From Polyangiales bacterium (GTDB taxonomy: Bacteria; Myxococcota_A; Polyangia; Polyangiales; Polyangiaceae), in NCBI GenBank assembly GCA_038231275.1, contig JBBRLQ010000040.1, positions 1 to 61,870 of the forward strand: a DNA stretch of 61,870 bases, given 5' to 3'. The position numbers and the translations under genes were made by a program. This document shows positions 50,001 to 60,836 of this stretch, piece after piece (position 1 is the stretch's first letter; each line of letters opens with the position of its first letter). The notes beneath the pieces were generated by a model. That model was not told the origin of the DNA and did no database searches. It was given only the letters and a program-made list of their open reading frames with translations.

Positions 50001-51482
50001 ATGCACATCCACACCGCCCGCACGTACGAGTCCAAGCTCCCTCCCCACGATCCGCACCCGTACCGCAGCGGCGCATGGACGCCGAACATGGTGGAGGTGG
50101 ACGCGTGGGATTTGGATCTCGTCGACGGCGAGGTCCCCCGCGATCTGAACGGCGTTTACCTGCGAAATACCGAGAATCCGCTGTTCGAAGCGATCGGGGG
50201 TCGCTACCACCCGTTCGACGGCGACGGGATGCTGCACGCGATGCGCTTCGAAGACGGCAAGGCAAGTTACAGGAACCGCTTCGTCCGCACCGCGGGCCTC
50301 CTCGCCGAGATCGAAGCCGGCGAGGCCCTGTGGGCCGGAATCCTCGAACCGCCGTCGCTGTCGAAGCGCGATGGGTGGGGCGCGCGCACGAAGATGAAGG
50401 ACGCGTCGAGCACCGACGTCATCGTGCACGCCGGCCGCGCGCTGACGACGTTCTACCAATGCGGCGACGGGTACCTCACCGATCCGACGACGCTCGAGCC
50501 GCGCGGCCTCGCCAAGCTCGCGCACCCGAGCTTCCCGAAGGGCACGACGATCTCGGCGCACCCCAAGGTCGACGAGGCGACGGGCGAGCTCCTCTTCTTC
50601 AACTACTCCGCGGAGGCGCCGTACTGCCACGTGGGCGTCGCCGATCGTGAAGGGACGCTTGTGCGCGCGATCCCGGTCGCGCTGCCGGGGCCTCGCCTCC
50701 CGCACGACATGGCGTTCACGCCGCGCTTCGCGATCGTGGGGGATTTTCCGCTGTTTTGGGATCCGGCGCGCCTGAAGGAGAACGTCCACCGCGCGCGGTA
50801 TTACCCGGAGCTCGGCTCGCGCTTCGCCCTGGTGCCGCGCGACGGCATCGGAAAGGTGCGCTTTTTCGAGGCGTCGCCCACGTACGTCCTGCATTTTACG
50901 AACGCGTGGGAAGAGGGCGACGAGGTCGTGCTGGAGGGCTACTTCCAGGGTGCGCCGATCCCCGTGCGGACGCCCGACGACACGCCGATATCGATGTTCA
51001 TGAAGAGCCTCGACATGAACGCGATGCAGACGCGGCGTCACAGGTGGCGCTTCGATCTCCGGACCGGCGCGACGCGCGAGGAGAGCCTCGACGACGAGTG
51101 TTCGGAGTTTCCGTCGATCCACGCGGGCTACGCCGGCAGGAAGCACCGGTACGTGTACGCCGCGCTCGGCGAGCCCGGGTACTTCCTCTTCAACGGCATC
51201 GTCCGGACGGACAATCAGACCGGTGGCAAGAGCGCCTACCGATTTCCGAAGGGCGTCTTCGCGAGCGAGGCGCCGTTCTGCCCGCGCGACGGCGCGACCG
51301 ACGAAGGCGACGGCTACCTCGTGACCTTCACGACCGACGTGACGGCCGACGCATCCGAGTGCCAGATCTTCGACGCCCGCGCGATCGAGCGTGGCCCCAT
51401 CGCGCGCGTTCGCCTCCCGATGCGAATCTCCAGCGGCACGCACGCGACGTGGGCGCCGCTGTCTGCGCTCGGCGCCGGCTAG
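50001..51482 (+). CDS. Carotenoid/stilbene cleavage oxygenase (RPE65 family)
   Basis: HPFDGDGM, AHPKVD, PHDM, LHF.NAWE, EFP, SEA.F.P, GTHATW (four Fe-ligand His). Confidence 0.95.
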   Translation: MHIHTARTYESKLPPHDPHPYRSGAWTPNMVEVDAWDLDLVDGEVPRDLNGVYLRNTENPLFEAIGGRYHPFDGDGMLHAMRFEDGKASYRNRFVRTAGLLAEIEAGEALWAGILEPPSLSKRDGWGARTKMKDASSTDVIVHAGRALTTFYQCGDGYLTDPTTLEPRGLAKLAHPSFPKGTTISAHPKVDEATGELLFFNYSAEAPYCHVGVADREGTLVRAIPVALPGPRLPHDMAFTPRFAIVGDFPLFWDPARLKENVHRARYYPELGSRFALVPRDGIGKVRFFEASPTYVLHFTNAWEEGDEVVLEGYFQGAPIPVRTPDDTPISMFMKSLDMNAMQTRRHRWRFDLRTGATREESLDDECSEFPSIHAGYAGRKHRYVYAALGEPGYFLFNGIVRTDNQTGGKSAYRFPKGVFASEAPFCPRDGATDEGDGYLVTFTTDVTADASECQIFDARAIERGPIARVRLPMRISSGTHATWAPLSALGAG

Positions 51483-51492
51483 GAGTCGCGCG

Positions 51493-54400
51493 TCAGAGGA
51501 TGCCGTACTCCTTGAGCCGCCGGTAGAACGTTCGCCGCGGGATGCCGATCATCTTCGCGGCCTGCACGCGGTTCCAGTTGCACGACGACAGCGCGTTGAG
51601 GATGCGCTCGCGCTCGGTGTCCTTGAACTCCTCCTTCGTGCGCGCGAGCGGGGCCGACGGCGCGCTGCTCGGGCGGACACTGGAGATCGTCTCTTGCTCG
51701 CCGCCGGTCGGGCGCGAGCGGCTCGTCTCGACGATCTGGAGATCTTCGGGGAGGACCTCGTCGCCTTCGCTCATCAGCCACGCGTTCAAGAGAACGTGCT
51801 CGAGCTGCCGCACGTTGCCCGGCCAGTCGTACGAGACCATGCGGCGCAGCGCCTCGCGGCTGAGGCTCTTCTTGTCGCGGCGGTAGCGCGCGGCGAAGAT
51901 CGTCATGAAATGGTCCATCAAGGGAGGGATGTCGTCCGTGCGTTCGCGCAACGACGGGACGCGGATCTCCACGACGTGGAGGCGATAGAACAAGTCCTCG
52001 CGGAAGAGGCCTTCCTGGACCATCTGCTCGAGACCGCGGTTGGTGGCGGCGATGACCCGCGCGTCGACGGGCTCTTCCTTGACGCCGCCCACCGATCGCA
52101 CGGTGCGCTCCTGGAGGACGCGCAATAGGCCCGCTTGCATCTTGATTGGCATCTCGCCGATCTCGTCGAGCAGCATTGTGCCGCCCTCCGCCTCGCGGAA
52201 GAGGCCCTTGCGATCGCGATCGGCGCCGGTGAAGGCGCCGCGGACGTGACCAAAGAGCTCGCTCTCGAGGAGGTTGCCGGGGATCGCGCCGCAGTTCACG
52301 CCGAGGAACGCCGCCTTCGCGCGCGCGCCGGACGCGTGGATGGCGCGCGCGACCATCTCTTTTCCGGTGCCGCTCTCGCCTGTGATGAGGATGGGGACGT
52401 CGGTGTCCTTCACGCGCTCGATCGTCGCGTACACCTTGCGCATCGCGGCGCTGGTGCCGACGAGGCCGTGGTAGCCGAAGTGGCTGCGAAGCTCGGCGCG
52501 CGCTTGCTTCAGGTCGCGTCGTGCGGTGCCGAGCTGCTCGGTTCGGCGCTCGAGGATCTCGGCGAGGCGGTCCTTCGCCGCGGCCAGCTCCTGGTTGGCG
52601 CGCGCGAGCTCCTCGGTGCGCGCGTGATTCTCGGCGAGGAGGCGCGCGTTCTCGATGGCGATCGCCACCTGATCGCCGAACGCCTGGAGCGTAGGCAGCT
52701 CCTCCTGGAAGCGCATCCCGGGGCGCAGGCGCGTCTCGACGTAGAGGGCACCGATGGGACGGCCGACCGGCGGGGCGCCGCGAATGGGCACGCACGCGAC
52801 CGACTGGATCATGAGCTGGTGGACGCTCACCGCCTGCGCGAGGCTCGCGTCGTCACGCGCCGAGAGGGCGAGGACGGGCTCGCCGGTCTGGACGACCTTC
52901 TCGGCGACGCTGCGTGAGAAGCTCGCGTGCGGATCGTCTCCCTTGCGATCGCGCGCCGCGTGCGCGAGCAGCTCTCCCTGATCGTTCGCGAGGACGACGA
53001 AGCCACGCTCCGCGCGCAGGAGGGCGACGGCGTGATCCGTGACGTTCTTGAGGAGGCGCGACAAATCGTGCTCGCGCGCCAGCTCGCGCGTGATCTCGAG
53101 GACGTACGCGAGGCGATCCTCGGGCACGTTGGCGGCGCTCATCGTCGTCGTGCCCGACGAGATCTGCGACTGACGGATCGTGGCGCCACGCCAATTCGAC
53201 TGCGCGGCGCTGTGCGGCGCCGCGACCGTCGCGGTATGCGCTTGCCGGAGCGCGCGCCTCCGCGGATCATCCCAGAACACCTCGCGGAGATCGCGCGGGA
53301 GCTTGGCGGCGGTCTCTTCCAGCATCGCGAGGGCGGCCTCGGTGTCGCGTCGCGCGTGGGCGACGTGGCCCTGCGACGACGCGAGGCGCGCGCGCGCGTC
53401 GAGGGCGCGCCAGCCCCACTCGCGATTGCCCGCTTTGTTGGCCTCGGCGAGCGCGTGATCGAACGCCGCCTGCGCGACGGCCTCGTCGCCGGACGAGAGG
53501 GCGATCGTCCCCTCCACCATGCTCGCGAGGACCTCGTACTCGCGGAAGCCCCCCTCGCCGGTGCCGGCCTTGATGGCGTCGAAGTCGCGGCGGAGCGCCG
53601 GCGCGTCGGTCTTCCCGTTCCGCGCGCGCGCGAAGAGCGAGAGAAGCCGCGCCTCGAGTACTTCGAGGGGACGCTCCAGCGCGTCGTACGCGACCGCGCT
53701 CTCGTCGTAGAGCTGCGCGCCCTTGACGAGATCGGACGTGCGCACTGACAGCTCCGCCTCGATCCCGAGGAGCTGCGCGCGCGCGAGCGGGCCGAGCGTG
53801 TCCAGCTCGGCGACGAGGGTGTCGATCGACGCCGACGCCCTCGCGTAGCGGCCGAGGAACACGTCGAGGTTCGCGAGGTTCATCAGCGCTTGCTGCACCG
53901 CGAGCGCGACGCCGCTGCGGCGCCCCATGTCCACCGACGCCTCGTAGTGCGTCAGCGCCGCAGCGAAATCCCCCTCCGCCTGCGCGATGCCCGCGAGGTT
54001 GAGGCGCATCGTGGCGACCGTCGCGGCGTCGTTCGCGGCCTCCGCGGCGGCGAGAGAGGCCTCGTACGCGGCGCGCGCCTCTTGCGTGCGGCCGGCGCGC
54101 TGGTGCGCGATCGCGAGCATGCCGTGCGCGATCGCGACAGCGCGTGTGTCGGCGATCGTATCGGCCAACGCGAGCGCCTTCTCGAGGGTCGTGCGCGCGG
54201 CGTCGTGGTCGCCGCTGTAGGAGAGCGCGCCGCCATGCACCGCCATCGCCTCGGCGCGGAGCGCGTCGTCGGTCCCTGCGTCGACGACCCGCGCGGCGTG
54301 GGCGGCGGCCGCCGAATATTCGCCCATTCGCAGCGCGGCGCGCGCACGCGCGATCCCCCACGGGCGCTCGTATACGGTGCCCTCCGCGGCCTTCCGGATC

Positions 54401-55995
54401 GTCTCGAGCACCCGCGCGGCCTCCGGAGCCTCCCCGCGACCGAGCAGCACGCGCGCGCGGGCGATCCCCACGCGCGTCGACTCGGCGGTGTCTCGCGGCG
54501 TCCCCACCCCTTCGAGCGCGTTCGCGGCGTCGCCGATGCGACCGTGGTCGAGCGCGCGTTCGATCGACGCGAGGAGCTCGGGGCGCGTCAACGACGATGG
54601 CGGCGGGATCGTACCCGTCGGCGACGAGGGCGCGGCGAGGAGGGCGTCCACGTCCTCGCTCGACACGAGCACGTTGGATCCGAGGCGGCGCAAGAAGGCG
54701 CGGAGGCGCCCGGGTCGCCCCTCGAGGCGCTTCACGAGGTGCGCGCGGAGCGCGTCGGGGAGCGACGGAATGGCGCGGCGCACGAGCTCCTCCGCCGCGC
54801 GCGTGTCGAGCGGCGGTACGTCGAACGTCCGCGTCCGCTTCTTCGCGAGCTGCCCCACGTCGTCGCGCGTGCCAACGCCGACGATGCGCGCCCCTCGTTC
54901 GCTCGCTGTGGACAGCGCGAGCCTCGCGGCAGGGTCGAAGGCCTCCACGTCGTCGACGACGATGACGAGCTCCTCCTGCCGCTGGTTCCATTCGCGTAGC
55001 TCGAGCTCGACCGCCTCGCGCGCGGTCATCGTCCCGCGCGGGCGATCGACCATCGTGACGGCGCGCCCTTCGGCCCCCAACGTCCACGCCAATCGCTTCA
55101 CCAGCGTGGACCGCCCGGAGCCGCGTGGGCCTTGCACCGCGAGCCCTTCGCCGGGCCCGAGCGCGGCGGCCGCGACCTTCAGCGCTTGCGCCGTCGCGTC
55201 CAGCGCGACGATCGGCCACGCCGGCTCTGCGCCTATCGGGCTCGTGCGAAGCCCCGTCGTGCGCCGCAGCGCGCTCGCCAGCTCGTCGACGCTCGGATAC
55301 CGCGCGCTCGGCACGTTCTCGGTCGCCCGCGCCGCGATCTTCACGAGCCCGATGCGCACGTCGTCCGGCAAGATCGATCCGCGCCGCGCGAGCCCGTTGG
55401 CGAGCGTCGCCCCGAGCGCGTACACCTCCGCGCGCACGGTGAGCGGCTCGCCGGTCAAGAGCTCGGGCGCCGCGAATTTCGGCGTGAGGCCGGCTGCCGT
55501 CGTCCCGCCCTCGCGCCACGGCGCCGCGAGCCCGAGATCGACCAGCGTCCCGCGCCCGCCGTGGCCGACGATCACGTTCGCGGGCTTGATGTCGCCGTGC
55601 AAGAGGCCGGAGCGATGCAGCACCGTCAGCTGCTCGCTCGCCTGCGCCAGCGGCTCGAGCCAGTCCGGAGCGTCGTCGCTCTCGTCGTCGAGGACGTCCT
55701 CGAGGCTCTGTCCTTCGACCATCTCGCGTACGAGATATCGACGCCGCATCCCCGTCGGCGTCGCGGGCGGCAGCGATCCGAACTCCACCACGTGCGGCAC
55801 GCCGAGCCCCTCGAGGCCCGACAGCGCGCTCGCTTCGCGCACGAGCGCCAGCACCTCGTGCTCCCCGGCGTCGGGCGCGAGCACCTTGAACGCGAGGCGC
55901 CGCGCGGTGATCTTGTCCTCCACCTCCCAGACCTCGCCGCCGCCGCCCTGCCCGAGGCGCCTCACTGGCTGGTACCGCGGAGGGAAGTTCAACAT
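51493..55995 (-). CDS. Ser/Thr kinase-ATPase-like-TPR-GAF-sigma54 activator fusion
   Basis: [34 protein letters not shown]-like helices; [28 protein letters not shown]. Confidence 0.93.
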   Translation of the reverse strand: MLNFPPRYQPVRRLGQGGGGEVWEVEDKITARRLAFKVLAPDAGEHEVLALVREASALSGLEGLGVPHVVEFGSLPPATPTGMRRRYLVREMVEGQSLEDVLDDESDDAPDWLEPLAQASEQLTVLHRSGLLHGDIKPANVIVGHGGRGTLVDLGLAAPWREGGTTAAGLTPKFAAPELLTGEPLTVRAEVYALGATLANGLARRGSILPDDVRIGLVKIAARATENVPSARYPSVDELASALRRTTGLRTSPIGAEPAWPIVALDATAQALKVAAAALGPGEGLAVQGPRGSGRSTLVKRLAWTLGAEGRAVTMVDRPRGTMTAREAVELELREWNQRQEELVIVVDDVEAFDPAARLALSTASERGARIVGVGTRDDVGQLAKKRTRTFDVPPLDTRAAEELVRRAIPSLPDALRAHLVKRLEGRPGRLRAFLRRLGSNVLVSSEDVDALLAAPSSPTGTIPPPSSLTRPELLASIERALDHGRIGDAANALEGVGTPRDTAESTRVGIARARVLLGRGEAPEAARVLETIRKAAEGTVYERPWGIARARAALRMGEYSAAAAHAARVVDAGTDDALRAEAMAVHGGALSYSGDHDAARTTLEKALALADTIADTRAVAIAHGMLAIAHQRAGRTQEARAAYEASLAAAEAANDAATVATMRLNLAGIAQAEGDFAAALTHYEASVDMGRRSGVALAVQQALMNLANLDVFLGRYARASASIDTLVAELDTLGPLARAQLLGIEAELSVRTSDLVKGAQLYDESAVAYDALERPLEVLEARLLSLFARARNGKTDAPALRRDFDAIKAGTGEGGFREYEVLASMVEGTIALSSGDEAVAQAAFDHALAEANKAGNREWGWRALDARARLASSQGHVAHARRDTEAALAMLEETAAKLPRDLREVFWDDPRRRALRQAHTATVAAPHSAAQSNWRGATIRQSQISSGTTTMSAANVPEDRLAYVLEITRELAREHDLSRLLKNVTDHAVALLRAERGFVVLANDQGELLAHAARDRKGDDPHASFSRSVAEKVVQTGEPVLALSARDDASLAQAVSVHQLMIQSVACVPIRGAPPVGRPIGALYVETRLRPGMRFQEELPTLQAFGDQVAIAIENARLLAENHARTEELARANQELAAAKDRLAEILERRTEQLGTARRDLKQARAELRSHFGYHGLVGTSAAMRKVYATIERVKDTDVPILITGESGTGKEMVARAIHASGARAKAAFLGVNCGAIPGNLLESELFGHVRGAFTGADRDRKGLFREAEGGTMLLDEIGEMPIKMQAGLLRVLQERTVRSVGGVKEEPVDARVIAATNRGLEQMVQEGLFREDLFYRLHVVEIRVPSLRERTDDIPPLMDHFMTIFAARYRRDKKSLSREALRRMVSYDWPGNVRQLEHVLLNAWLMSEGDEVLPEDLQIVETSRSRPTGGEQETISSVRPSSAPSAPLARTKEEFKDTERERILNALSSCNWNRVQAAKMIGIPRRTFYRRLKEYGIL

Positions 55996-56000
55996 CGATC

Positions 56001-56981
56001 TCAGAACCGCAGCGTTGGTCCGTTTCCGGAGGTCGCGCCGCTCTTCTTCTCGGGCCGCTCGAGACCGTAGTCGCCGCTCAGGCCGAACCAGAACCCCTCG
56101 GTGAGCGAGAATCCAAGGCCGAAGCGCGCCTCGACCTGCTTCACCGGCTTCACGCGGATGCCGGCGAGGTGGAGCAGAATGCGCGGGAAGATGTTCGGCT
56201 TGGAGCCGCCGTTCGCCCAGCTCGGCTCCGTGTACCCGCCGACCTTCGCGACGGCGGAGTTCTGGTGACCGCCCTTCTGGCAGCCGTTGCTCGCCGGCAC
56301 GCCCTGGTTCTCTTGCGCGCACGGCGAGAAGTGCCGGCCGTCGCTCGACGCGAGGCGGCCGTTCGGATCGGCGTAGACCCAGTTGGTGACGAGGTCGCCG
56401 AAGATGATCCCGAGCCCGAAGCCGGCGCCGTACTCGAAGTCGACGTTCTTGGAGATCTTGGCGGACCACAGCAAGTCGGCGCCGAGGTACAGCGCCTTGA
56501 GGCTGCTGTTCACGTACGACCAGTTGCCGTCGACGTTGGCGTCGCTGTTCTTCTGGAGGAAGAGGACGTCGTCCCCCTTGCCGTACTCCGCGTACGAGAT
56601 CGACGGGATGAGCGAGAAGCCGTCCTTGCGGATGTCGAGCTCGGCGCCGATCGTGTTGCTCGTGAACGTCGCGCCTTCGCCGACGAAGATGTTGAGCATG
56701 AACTTCGGGATGACGGTGAGGCCGTAGCGGAGGCCGATGAAGTAGTAGGTCTGGCCGTCCTTCTCCGTGACGTCGGAGGAGTCGCCCGAGCTCTTCGGCG
56801 CTTCGCCCTCGTCCTTGGGCTTGCCCTTCGGCTCGACCTTCTCGCCGTTGAGGCCCACGCCTACCGCATCGGGGGACGCCGCTGGGATCGCAGCGGCGCC
56901 TGAGCCCTTCTGTGCCAGGGTGGACGGCGCAACCAGGACAACGGCCGCTGCGAGCGCTAGAGCTACGCTTCCTTTTCGCAT
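56001..56981 (-). CDS. Secreted/outer-membrane beta-barrel protein
   Basis: Signal peptide, aromatic amphipathic strands. Confidence 0.8.
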   Translation of the reverse strand: MRKGSVALALAAAVVLVAPSTLAQKGSGAAAIPAASPDAVGVGLNGEKVEPKGKPKDEGEAPKSSGDSSDVTEKDGQTYYFIGLRYGLTVIPKFMLNIFVGEGATFTSNTIGAELDIRKDGFSLIPSISYAEYGKGDDVLFLQKNSDANVDGNWSYVNSSLKALYLGADLLWSAKISKNVDFEYGAGFGLGIIFGDLVTNWVYADPNGRLASSDGRHFSPCAQENQGVPASNGCQKGGHQNSAVAKVGGYTEPSWANGGSKPNIFPRILLHLAGIRVKPVKQVEARFGLGFSLTEGFWFGLSGDYGLERPEKKSGATSGNGPTLRF

Positions 56982-57126
56982 GGTTTCCCCGAAGGTTGTG
57001 AGCGTGCCAGATGATGGCCCAGAAACCGGCCTCTCGGCCCATGCTACACTACCTGTCGGTCGCGCAATCGGTCCTTCGAAACGGACCCCGTCGCCGCCTC
57101 CGCCCGGGCCCGGGCCACCGCACCGC

Positions 57127-58188
57127 GTGATCCTCCACGGACGAGTCGTCGAGCAGACCATCGATCGCAAGGAGCGCGGCGCGTTCTTGAAGGAGCTCGT
57201 CGTCACGTCCCCGATTTCTGTGGGCGCAGCTGGCGGGGCGAGGCTCGGCTACGCGCACGTGCCGCTCGCCATGGTGCGAAAGCGCCTCGCGTCCAATCAG
57301 GGGGGGACGCGCGCGCCGCTCCTTCTCATCCATGGCTTCGGGCAGAACCGCTACGCGTGGCACCTCCCGTCGCGGAGCCTCGTGAACTACCTCGCGCGCG
57401 AGGGGTTCGACGTCTTCAACCTGGACCTTCGCGGGCACGGGCGCTCGCGGCACCTCGGTGCGCGGCGGTCGCGCGGCGTCGAGGACTACGTGCACGAGGA
57501 TCTGCCGAGCGCGGTCGACGAGGTGCGCGCGCTCTCGGGCGGCCGCCCGGTCTGGCTCGTCGGGCACTCGCTCGGCGGCCTCGTCAGCTACGCGGCGGCG
57601 CCGTCGCTCACGGGCGCGGTCGCCGGCATCGCGTCGATCGGGAGCCCCTACCACTTCACTCGCGGCTCGTTCTCGCTCGGCGCCATCGCGCTCTTCATTC
57701 GCGGCCTCCGCATGGCGCGCGTGCGCGTCCCGAACGCCGGCATCGCCGTCAACGCGATCGGCGGCGTGATGCGCTCGATGCGCCGCTTCGCCGAGAGCCC
57801 GATCTATCCGCTGCCCTTCCGCGGCTGGCACGCCGGCGCGGTCGAGCCGCACGTCCTCGACGAGCACCTCCGCCTCGCGTTCGACAAGGCGGGCGTCGCC
57901 GAGCTCACGGACATGTTCCAGTGGGCGTCGCAGAGGCGCTTCGGCGGGCCCGAGCGCGACTACGTGGAGCGCTTCGAGAAGCTCGATTTGCCGCTCCTTG
58001 TCGTCTCCGGCGACAACGACGATCTCGCGCCGCCCGCCAGCGTCCGCCCCGCGTTCGAGCGCTCGCGCACGCGCGACAAGACGTACCGCACGATGCCGCT
58101 CGGGCACATCGATCTCCTCGTCGGACGCGACGCGCCCGTGCTGACGTGGCCGCTCCTCGGCTCGTGGCTCGGAAGGCGGGCGGCGTAG
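57127..58188 (+). CDS. Alpha/beta hydrolase (lipase/PhaC-like)
   Basis: IHGFGQN, DLRGHGRS, GHSLGG, D.LAP, GHIDLL.G. Start codon uncertain. Confidence 0.88.
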   Translation: MILHGRVVEQTIDRKERGAFLKELVVTSPISVGAAGGARLGYAHVPLAMVRKRLASNQGGTRAPLLLIHGFGQNRYAWHLPSRSLVNYLAREGFDVFNLDLRGHGRSRHLGARRSRGVEDYVHEDLPSAVDEVRALSGGRPVWLVGHSLGGLVSYAAAPSLTGAVAGIASIGSPYHFTRGSFSLGAIALFIRGLRMARVRVPNAGIAVNAIGGVMRSMRRFAESPIYPLPFRGWHAGAVEPHVLDEHLRLAFDKAGVAELTDMFQWASQRRFGGPERDYVERFEKLDLPLLVVSGDNDDLAPPASVRPAFERSRTRDKTYRTMPLGHIDLLVGRDAPVLTWPLLGSWLGRRAA

Positions 58189-58190
58189 AC

Positions 58191-58784
58191 ATGCGGCACC
58201 TCGACCAGCTCCTCTCCGCGGAGGAGAACCCTCCCTTCGATCGCGTCGTGCGCGTGCACGTCGACATCGTCGGCGCGCTCGACGGGCCGTCGGTGCTGAC
58301 GTTGTCGGTGACGCGCCTGTCCGGCAACGGCAAGATCGAGTCCGAAAAGAAGCGCCTCGAGCGGATCGCGGTGCAGCACCCGGAGGAGCTCGCGTCGCGC
58401 ATTGGTTGGGTCCTCGCCGTCACCGAGCAGCAGCGCCTCCTCCCGCCGAAGATCGACGAGACGTACGAAGCGCACCCGCTCGGCTACGACGGCCCGCTAC
58501 GCGTCTTCGGCTCCGAGCTGGACATTCGCCTCGACGCCGCCAAGGCCCGCGTCGCGCCGCAGGCTCTCGTGGAGATCGCCGCGTCCCTCATCCCGGCGGA
58601 GCGCGGCTTTCGCGGAGCTTGCTTCGCCCGCGCGCGGTTTCAGGGGGTGATCGTGACCCCGCACATCATCGAGGTGAAGATCTTCGACGCGGATCTCGCG
58701 AGCGAAGAGGACGAGCGCTGGGTGCTCCTCAAGATGTGGGCGCAGCGCAGCGCAGGGAACAACCACTGCTCGATCGGCGTCTGA
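58191..58784 (+). CDS. Hypothetical protein
   Basis: ATG 2 bp after the upstream stop; normal codon pattern. Confidence 0.75.
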   Translation: MRHLDQLLSAEENPPFDRVVRVHVDIVGALDGPSVLTLSVTRLSGNGKIESEKKRLERIAVQHPEELASRIGWVLAVTEQQRLLPPKIDETYEAHPLGYDGPLRVFGSELDIRLDAAKARVAPQALVEIAASLIPAERGFRGACFARARFQGVIVTPHIIEVKIFDADLASEEDERWVLLKMWAQRSAGNNHCSIGV

Positions 58785-58809
58785 CGCGAGCTCGAGTTCG
58801 AGAGGGCGC

Positions 58810-59109
58810 CTACTCGCTGCGCTTCTTCTTCTTCTCGCCCGGCTCGCTCTGACGATCCATCCGCGCGACCTCTTCTTCGAGGCGCCGCACCGTACGCTTC
58901 AGATCCTTCACCTCGTCCTCGGTCGCGAGCGCCATCGCCTTGGCGAGGCTCTGCACCTGCTCGCTCGTGAAGCTCTGGACCTTGCCCGGCATGCTCATGG
59001 CCGTCATGACGGCCTTCATCACGCGCTCGTCTTGCATCAGCTTCATGACGCGCGGATCGGTCATCAGCTTCATGCCCTGTTTAAGCAGGGTCTTCTTAAG
59101 GCTGCTCAT
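58810..59109 (-). CDS. Small coiled-coil protein (phasin-like C-terminus)
   Basis: Met-rich amphipathic helices and LATEDEVKDLKRTVRRLEEEV. Confidence 0.75.
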   Translation of the reverse strand: MSSLKKTLLKQGMKLMTDPRVMKLMQDERVMKAVMTAMSMPGKVQSFTSEQVQSLAKAMALATEDEVKDLKRTVRRLEEEVARMDRQSEPGEKKKKRSE

Positions 59110-59168
59110 CCCGTCCAGATTAGCATGGACGCGCTTGCCCGCGTGGCCCGGCCATCGCATCCTGAGGC

Positions 59169-59588
59169 ATGCGCGCTAGCGATCTGTTCGTGGGGAAGGC
59201 CTTCCGGGAACGTGGATCGATCTCGGAGAACGGGATGGCCCTGCTCCGTCCCGGGTACGTGGTGTTCGCGCCGAAGACCGCGCAGCCGTTCACCGGGTAC
59301 GCCGGCAAGATGATGCCGCAGGCCTTTCACGATCTCGCGGCGTACGTGAAGTACCTTCAGACCTTGCCCGAAGATCAATTCGACGGAACGATCGACGAGG
59401 CGGTCCGTCAGTGCGGGTGGTCGAAGGTGACGCTCGAGGACGCGCGCGTCGTGAAGCGTCGCGGCCTTTTTCGCCGGAGCCGAGTCACCGTGGCGATCGA
59501 GGGGACGAGCGGCACGATCCGGTTCGACGGGCCCATCCGCGAGTCGAGCGTGGCGGACGTCGAGGCGTTACTCGCCCAGATCTCCTAG
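59169..59588 (+). CDS. Hypothetical protein
   Basis: ORF with a GC3-rich pattern filling the intergenic space. Confidence 0.65.
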   Translation: MRASDLFVGKAFRERGSISENGMALLRPGYVVFAPKTAQPFTGYAGKMMPQAFHDLAAYVKYLQTLPEDQFDGTIDEAVRQCGWSKVTLEDARVVKRRGLFRRSRVTVAIEGTSGTIRFDGPIRESSVADVEALLAQIS

Positions 59589-59790
59589 TCCTACGTCAGG
59601 CCCGCGTCTCCGCTCGATCCGGCGTCGGGGGTCGACGTCAAACAGGCCTTGCTCTTCGTCGCGCTCTTCGGAAGGATTCTACCGTACCGCCGCGGCTCCC
59701 GGCGGAGCCATTTTCCTCGCTCGGAGCACGTGTCTTACCGAGTGGGTTCTGGCTCGATCCGTGCGAAACGCGTGGTATTCGTAGGGTGCG

Positions 59791-60273
59791 ATGGCGACGA
59801 AGCGCACGAGCGGAATGGCGGCGTTGGGGGCCACGCACGTCCTCTTCGGCGGGCTCGGCGCGCTCGCGTCGATCGGCCTCGTGCTCGGCTCCGTCGTCGT
59901 CATCGTCGCGCCGCAGTTCGTCGATCTGTCGACGAGCCCCCTCCACATCAGCCACGACGACATCGCGCGCACGCGCTCGACGGCGGTCGGCCTCTTGCTC
60001 CTCGGCCTGGTGCGCGCGGTCACGAGCGTCGTCCTCGTCGTCGCCGGAATCCGCGTGCTCGACGTCGCGCCTGCCGGCCGCCGCCTCTCGATCGCCGCGG
60101 CGTTCGCGTGGACGTTCACGAACGTGTTCGAGGCGTTCGCGCTGAGCGAGCCGCTCTGGCTCTTCTTGGTGGCGACCGCCTACCCGCTCTTCACCGAGTG
60201 GATTTTCCTGCGCAAAGACTGGCGCGCGGCGTTCGCTCCCGCCGCACCCGAAGTCGAGCGGCACGCCCCTTGA
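59791..60273 (+). CDS. Four-TM membrane protein
   Basis: Four hydrophobic segments. Confidence 0.75.
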   Translation: MATKRTSGMAALGATHVLFGGLGALASIGLVLGSVVVIVAPQFVDLSTSPLHISHDDIARTRSTAVGLLLLGLVRAVTSVVLVVAGIRVLDVAPAGRRLSIAAAFAWTFTNVFEAFALSEPLWLFLVATAYPLFTEWIFLRKDWRAAFAPAAPEVERHAP

Positions 60274-60306
60274 CCAAGGTTTCACCGTGCTTACGGTGAG
60301 CCTTGG
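60274..60306 (+). terminator. Hairpin downstream of the membrane protein gene
   Basis: CCAAGG..TCACCGT-GCTT-ACGGTGA.CCTTGG; no clear U-tract. Confidence 0.45.
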
Positions 60307-60413
60307 AAACGCAGGGGACGACGGGCGCGAACGGCGCTCGCCGCCCCGCTTCAACGTCAACACCAAACGTGCGCCCGGAGTGGACTCCGCGCGCCAACAT
60401 GGAGGAGTTTGTC

Positions 60414-60836
60414 ATGCTGAACCATTGGGACCCCTTTGTCGATTTCGCGCGCCTCTCCAAGGACATGTTCCGCTACCCCGAGGCCTTCAACGGCGAGGCC
60501 TCCAATCGCTTCGTCCCCGCGGTCGACGTGACCGAAGAGAAGGACGCGTACCTCGTCATCGCCGAGCTCCCGGGCCTCAAGGCCGAGGACATCCAGATCA
60601 ACGTCGAGAAGAACGTGCTCACGCTGTCCGGCGAGCGGAAGCTGGATCACAAGGAGCAGAAAGACGGCTACGTCCGCGTCGAGCGCGCGTACGGGGCGTT
60701 CACTCGCTCGTTCGTGCTGCCCGACACCGCCGACGGCGAGAAGGTCGACGCGAACCTGTCGGACGGCCTCCTGAAGGTGCGCATCCCCAAGCGCCCCAGC
60801 GCGCAGCCGCGCAAGATCACCGTCAGGGCTTCTTGA
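60414..60836 (+). CDS. Small heat-shock protein (Hsp20)
   Basis: GGAGGAG RBS; PAVDV.E, AELPGL, LTLSGER, ER.YG.F.RSF.LP, DGLL.V.IPK. Confidence 0.96.
   Translation: MLNHWDPFVDFARLSKDMFRYPEAFNGEASNRFVPAVDVTEEKDAYLVIAELPGLKAEDIQINVEKNVLTLSGERKLDHKEQKDGYVRVERAYGAFTRSFVLPDTADGEKVDANLSDGLLKVRIPKRPSAQPRKITVRAS

Noticed and set aside
51493..57042. Long ORF-track extensions (1849 aa, 1127 aa, 876 aa, 799 aa, 695 aa) and many Arg-rich overlapping ORFs
   Set aside because: These are high-GC artefacts. The extensions overlap genuine neighbouring genes in other frames, so I trimmed starts to plausible codons.
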